A stretch of DNA of 64,000 bases from an uncultured Candidatus Poseidoniales archaeon (GTDB taxonomy: Archaea > Thermoplasmatota > Poseidoniia > Poseidoniales > Thalassarchaeaceae). A program made the translations under genes and the position numbers. Positions 59,900 through 64,000 of the stretch are shown here, in pieces. Location: assembly GCA_963968165.1 (NCBI GenBank), contig CAXAFE010000010.1:471-64470 (forward strand), in the 5' to 3' direction. The notes under the pieces are model-generated. The model saw nothing but the letters and a program-made list of their open reading frames with translations. It had not been told where the DNA came from and did not search any database. The number at the start of each line of letters is the position of its first letter. Position 1 is the first letter of the stretch.

Positions 59900-59946
59900 A
59901 AATTATCCTAGAACGATATACGATAAAAGAATATCGAATTAAATGA

Positions 59947-61224
59947 TCATATTCCAGGGTACGCCAAATTAGGTTCAAAGCAATAATTAACATTTTGAAA
60001 ATTAGACTTAAACTCTTTTATGTCACTCTTAATATTTTTGGGATCTTCTTTCTTAATTAATGCCCTAGAAAAGAAACTTGCTATATCCTTCATATCATAT
60101 TTTGACATACCTAAGCGAGTTAATTCGGGTGTCCCCAACCTTAAACCACTTGGAGACAAAGCCTTTGTATCTCCCGGCAACATATTCATATTAGTGATGA
60201 TTCCAGATTTTTCTAATATTGATGCTGCATCCTTTCCTGCTCCAGAATCTATTTCTCCATGCCTAGTTAGTACTTGATGACTGGCGGTATACCCTCTATC
60301 TTCAGCAAGAACTTCGAAGCCCTCTTCTGCCAGATATTGTGCTAGAGATTTTGCATTTGAAATTATATCCTTAGCATAATCATCACCGAATTCTTCGAAT
60401 TCCGATAAAGCGACACATTTGCCAGCAACATGGTGGAGGTGATAGGAAGAACAGACTCCTGGGAAAATTCCATTGTTTAATTTTCTTTGAAATTTAGGAT
60501 CATCTGTATCGGACAAAAGAAAACCTCCTTGAGGGCCGGGGAATGTTTTGTGACTGCTTCCAGTCATTACATCGGCTCCTTCTTTTAGAGGATCTTGAAA
60601 TTGATTACCTGCAATTAATCCCAAGACGTGGGCCCCATCATAAAGTACCTTTGCGCCACCTTCATGTGCCGCATCTGAGAGTTCTTTCAGCGGAGTAGGA
60701 AATAGGAATACAGATTGCCCGAATAGAGCTAGATTAGGTTGAGTTTTTCTTATCAGACTCAATGATGCATCAATATCGGGTTCCATCCGTTCTTCATTCC
60801 ATGGATAAGTTGTGAGATTGAGCCCCCTCATACCTACTGCGCCCATTTGGGCATGAGATATATGGCCGCCATCTGCAGTAGATACTGCAGTGATATTTTG
60901 TCCTGGTTTTGTCAAAGCTTTTAATGCCCCCAAATTAGAATTGGTACCAGAAGTTGATTGAATATTGGCAAATTTACAATTAAATACTCTTTTTGCTGTT
61001 TCAATTCCTATTTCCTCAATCGTATCAAAATCTTCACATCCTTGATAATATCTTCTTCCAGGTAGGCCTTCTGCATATCTGCCATGTAAATCCGAATTAC
61101 AGGCTTTTCTGACCAGAGGACTCAAAATATTTTCACTTGCTATCATCGGGATACTATCTCGATAATGTCGGCCTGAATTATTTACAGATTGAATAATTTC
61201 ACTAATGGCATTCTCTCTTTCCAT
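59947..61224 (-). CDS. glyA: Serine hydroxymethyltransferase
   Basis: IASEN, RYAEG..RYYQG, GGHISH, GSSHKTFPGPQGG and SGLRLGT motifs. Confidence 0.96.
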   Translation of the reverse strand: MERENAISEIIQSVNNSGRHYRDSIPMIASENILSPLVRKACNSDLHGRYAEGLPGRRYYQGCEDFDTIEEIGIETAKRVFNCKFANIQSTSGTNSNLGALKALTKPGQNITAVSTADGGHISHAQMGAVGMRGLNLTTYPWNEERMEPDIDASLSLIRKTQPNLALFGQSVFLFPTPLKELSDAAHEGGAKVLYDGAHVLGLIAGNQFQDPLKEGADVMTGSSHKTFPGPQGGFLLSDTDDPKFQRKLNNGIFPGVCSSYHLHHVAGKCVALSEFEEFGDDYAKDIISNAKSLAQYLAEEGFEVLAEDRGYTASHQVLTRHGEIDSGAGKDAASILEKSGIITNMNMLPGDTKALSPSGLRLGTPELTRLGMSKYDMKDIASFFSRALIKKEDPKNIKSDIKEFKSNFQNVNYCFEPNLAYPGI

Positions 61225-61299
61225 AACTTCCCATCGAAAGACGGTAAATGATATTGACTATCATTAAACTTCAAAAATGAATAACTAGTCGTTTTAATA

Positions 61300-61497
61300 A
61301 TGGTCGATAATTCGCGAGAATACAAAATCCTCGATAAAAAGCTTCAGTGCCTAATTTGCAATAATACGAATTTCATGATTGAATCTGCACAAATAAATGG
61401 AACTATTGCTAATTTTTTAGGAATTGGAAAAAATAATACTTCAATTACAGGATATATTTGTGATAAATGCGGCCATATCATGCCATTCATTAAATGA
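61300..61497 (+). CDS. Small zinc-ribbon protein
   Basis: LQCLICNNTNF...YICDKCGHIMPF. Confidence 0.7.
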   Translation: MVDNSREYKILDKKLQCLICNNTNFMIESAQINGTIANFLGIGKNNTSITGYICDKCGHIMPFIK

Positions 61498-61546
61498 TAA
61501 CATGCTTAAAAAATATACAAAAATATACCATTAAAGTAATTTTTAG

Positions 61547-61622
61547 TGGCGCCGACAGCAGGACTCGAACCTGCGACCTGTGGATTAACAGTCCACCGCT
61601 CCACCAACTAAGCTATGTCGGC
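61547..61622 (-). tRNA. tRNA-Asn (GTT)
   Basis: Reverse complement GCCGACA...GTGGA-CT-GTT-AA-TCCAC...GGTTCGAGTCC...TGTCGGC-G-CCA. Confidence 0.97.
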
Positions 61623-61664
61623 CTGACCCTTGCGCTTGCTAATTCATTCATGAATGAATCGGAA

Positions 61665-62609
61665 TCATTCCCACTCAATTGTACCTGGAGGTTTATGAGT
61701 GATATCATATACAACTCTATTTACTTGCCCTTTCAATTTATTAGTTATCTCAGTGCTTATTTCACCTAATACTTCATGAGGTATGTTGGAGTACCTTGCA
61801 CTCATTCCATCTAAACTAGACACTGCCCTTACAACTATTGTCTCACCATGTACCCTTACATCTCCATGCACACCTACGCTTCTCACTGGAAGAAGGGCAG
61901 CAAAATATTGCCATGGTAGGTCGCATCTTCCCAAAGATGCAGCTTTTTCTAGATTTTTTTCTACTATATCACATGCCTCACGACACGCTTCAACTCTTTC
62001 TCGAGTCAGGTTACCAAGAACTCTGACTGCTAGTCCTGGCCCTGGAAAAGGTTGTCTTTCACTAGATTTAATTTCTAACTCTCTTGCAATTTTACGTACC
62101 TCGTCTTTGTAAAACTCCCTTAATGGCTCTACAATTATTAAATCAACATCATCAGGTAAACCGCCAACATTATGATGAGATTTGATGACATCCCTATCAC
62201 CACCTCCTGATTCTATCCAATCTGGTGCAATTGTGCCTTGAACTAAATATTTAGCACCGCAAATCTTTTGTTCATCTTCAAAAACTCGAATGAATTGTTC
62301 TCCTATTACTTTCCTTTTCTGTTCTGGATCGGAAACATTTTCCAGAGCCGCAAAGAATTTCTTTGACGCATCTACAATTTTGATTTCTATTCCCATTTCA
62401 TTAAACATATTTTGAACATCGTCAGATTCATCTTTACGCATGAATCCAGTATCAACATAGACGCATTTCAGTAAACTACCAACTGCTTTGTGGGCTAAAA
62501 CTGCCGCAACAGTGCTATCAATACCTCCTGAGCAAGCTATTATTGCAGTATCATCAATTTTTGTTTGAAGGGCATGGATTGCCTCATCTATTAGGATGTC
62601 AATTTTCAA
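61665..62609 (-). CDS. guaAB: GMP synthase subunit B (ATP pyrophosphatase)
   Basis: SGGIDS, QGTIAPDWIES, IKSHHNVGGLP, PFPGPGL and KPPGTIEWE; no glutaminase domain. Confidence 0.95.
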   Translation of the reverse strand: MKIDILIDEAIHALQTKIDDTAIIACSGGIDSTVAAVLAHKAVGSLLKCVYVDTGFMRKDESDDVQNMFNEMGIEIKIVDASKKFFAALENVSDPEQKRKVIGEQFIRVFEDEQKICGAKYLVQGTIAPDWIESGGGDRDVIKSHHNVGGLPDDVDLIIVEPLREFYKDEVRKIARELEIKSSERQPFPGPGLAVRVLGNLTRERVEACREACDIVEKNLEKAASLGRCDLPWQYFAALLPVRSVGVHGDVRVHGETIVVRAVSSLDGMSARYSNIPHEVLGEISTEITNKLKGQVNRVVYDITHKPPGTIEWE

Positions 62610-62614
62610 TCAAA

Positions 62615-63088
62615 TCATTCCCTTAATTTAGCATCATCCAATAAAACTTGACTTGCCCTATTTTCTCTATATTGAATTATTTCTGAAGCAATTTCCGAAT
62701 CAATTAGAGCTAACATCTGACCTGCTAAAATTGCTGCGTTATCTCCTCTACCGACTCCGACAGTAGCAACAGGCATTCCTGGTGGCATCTGAACAATCGA
62801 CAAAAGACTATCATACGGGACCGCCCCTCCTACTGGGACTCCTATTACTGGCAAACTTGTCATTGAGGCTATGACTCCAGGTAAAGCAGCAGCCATTCCG
62901 GCCATACCAATGAAAACCTTACATCCGTCTTTAATCGCAGTTTCAACAACGAATTCTAGATGCTTGGGCGTCCTGTGGGCAGAAGCAATATGTACTGAGT
63001 AATTTATTTTTAGAGTTGATAATATAGAAGTACATTTATCGCAAACGGGCATATCTGATTTTGATCCTAGTATGATGCAAACATCCAT
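62615..63088 (-). CDS. purE: AIR carboxylase / N5-CAIR mutase
   Basis: GSKSD, SAHRTP, AGMAAALPG, PVIGVP and SIVQMPPGMPVATVG motifs. Confidence 0.95.
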   Translation of the reverse strand: MDVCIILGSKSDMPVCDKCTSILSTLKINYSVHIASAHRTPKHLEFVVETAIKDGCKVFIGMAGMAAALPGVIASMTSLPVIGVPVGGAVPYDSLLSIVQMPPGMPVATVGVGRGDNAAILAGQMLALIDSEIASEIIQYRENRASQVLLDDAKLRE

Positions 63089-63142
63089 GGCATCCCGAGC
63101 GTAAAGAGGTTCAAATGCTTACCGTTAAATTGTTAGAAACGT

Positions 63143-63994
63143 TTATTCTTCTTCGCCGGGAACTAGAAATCTCTTAGGCCAGGATTTACTAATAATTGGG
63201 AATGGATTTTCTAGTAAATTATTGAGTAATAAATTTTCTTCATTTCGTTTAAAAAATGGATCCTGAATAAATCCTGTCTTGTGAACATAGGCAATAGATA
63301 TAAATTCAAATTTACTTCTACGAATTCCAGATACTACTAATGAACCATCGCTGCAAACTGCTCTTGCAATCACTCCTACTCTCCATATATTGCTCTCTAT
63401 TATCCAATCTTCACTTAAATTCGCGCCATTCCAGTTTTTTTTATCTACTGGGATTAAAAATCTAGATGGAGGTATTTTCATCATTTCCTGAGTTAACATA
63501 AATGTCCTATACATCGCAATACAAAAAATAGAATATGAGATCCAACCAATTCTAGGTTCAATGATAATGTGAACTGGAAATATAATAATGCCCAGAAATA
63601 ATAAATTCCAATCTATTGGCAAACTTAGAAAATCATTAATGTGCGAGGATTGCGAATCCCGTGAGTCAAATAAAGGATAAACAATTAGAAACCAAGACAC
63701 TAAAAAGAAAACCAAAGATACTACTTGATCATCTGGTGTTTTCCCAGGTATAGCCAATGGTATAATAGTAAGTATGAGAAAAAAAGGGGCCCAAGCCATT
63801 GGAAATAGTAGTTTATGAGCTAATGGCTTCAGCCTTTGCCTAATCCACCCATTATTTCCAAGCCTAGGAGTTGTATAGGTCCATTTATTATTCGGTATTA
63901 GTTCACCTTTTCTATAATCAGGTGGTAATTCATTTTCTAGGCCCCACCATTGAGGGTCTCCTAGTAGCCAATACCCGTCTAAGGTGGCATCCAT
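63143..63994 (-). CDS. Hypothetical membrane protein (~4 TM)
   Basis: Central hydrophobic helices; no recognised motif. Confidence 0.7.
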   Translation of the reverse strand: MDATLDGYWLLGDPQWWGLENELPPDYRKGELIPNNKWTYTTPRLGNNGWIRQRLKPLAHKLLFPMAWAPFFLILTIIPLAIPGKTPDDQVVSLVFFLVSWFLIVYPLFDSRDSQSSHINDFLSLPIDWNLLFLGIIIFPVHIIIEPRIGWISYSIFCIAMYRTFMLTQEMMKIPPSRFLIPVDKKNWNGANLSEDWIIESNIWRVGVIARAVCSDGSLVVSGIRRSKFEFISIAYVHKTGFIQDPFFKRNEENLLLNNLLENPFPIISKSWPKRFLVPGEEE

Positions 63995-64000
63995 ATGCTC

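Noticed and set aside
61494-61769. 91-aa ORF in the track
   Set aside because: It is antisense to tRNA-Asn and the end of guaAB, so it is spurious.
383-62112. Numerous 60-150 aa antisense or nested ORFs in the track
   Set aside because: They lie opposite or inside well-supported genes, have no motifs, and are best treated as shadow ORFs.
61665-62609. GMP synthase lacking the glutaminase domain
   Set aside because: Split GuaAA/GuaAB is normal in many archaea, so this is not a pseudogene.

Overview
AT-rich, gene-dense archaeal chromosome segment. Inferred origin is Marine Group II (Ca. Poseidoniales, Thermoplasmatota), based on archaeal rpo7-spt4-S24e-S27ae, archaeal AlaS, DGGGP synthase, split GMP synthase, a choice-of-anchor-T-like protein and several giant acidic surface proteins. 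It carries housekeeping genes (argF, guaC, alaS, rtcB, archease, alkA, proline dehydrogenase, dtdA, purC, purE, glyA, guaAB), five intronless tRNAs with encoded CCA (Glu-CTC, Thr-GGT, Ser-GGA, Ile2/Met-CAT, Asn-GTT), and a small accessory-looking block after tRNA-Glu. No CRISPR array, IS element or provirus was seen. Main observations: (1) a protein with both halves of the eukaryotic CD36/SR-BI/LIMP-2 scavenger-receptor fold plus a ~400-aa insertion, next to an HGSNAT/DUF1624-like membrane enzyme and a TCAF-like M60 peptidase; (2) a polar-amino-acid ABC permease fused to a Ycf48/BNR-type beta-propeller, with an extra membrane insertion and no binding protein nearby; (3) a ~93-nt hairpin filling the 5' UTR of the rpo7/ribosomal-protein operon and overlapping its Shine-Dalgarno; (4) a lysine-less biotinyl/lipoyl-like domain and phage-baseplate-like repeats inside surface proteins; (5) a 57-aa ORF absent from the ORF track. 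All family assignments come from motif recognition by eye; no database searches were run.
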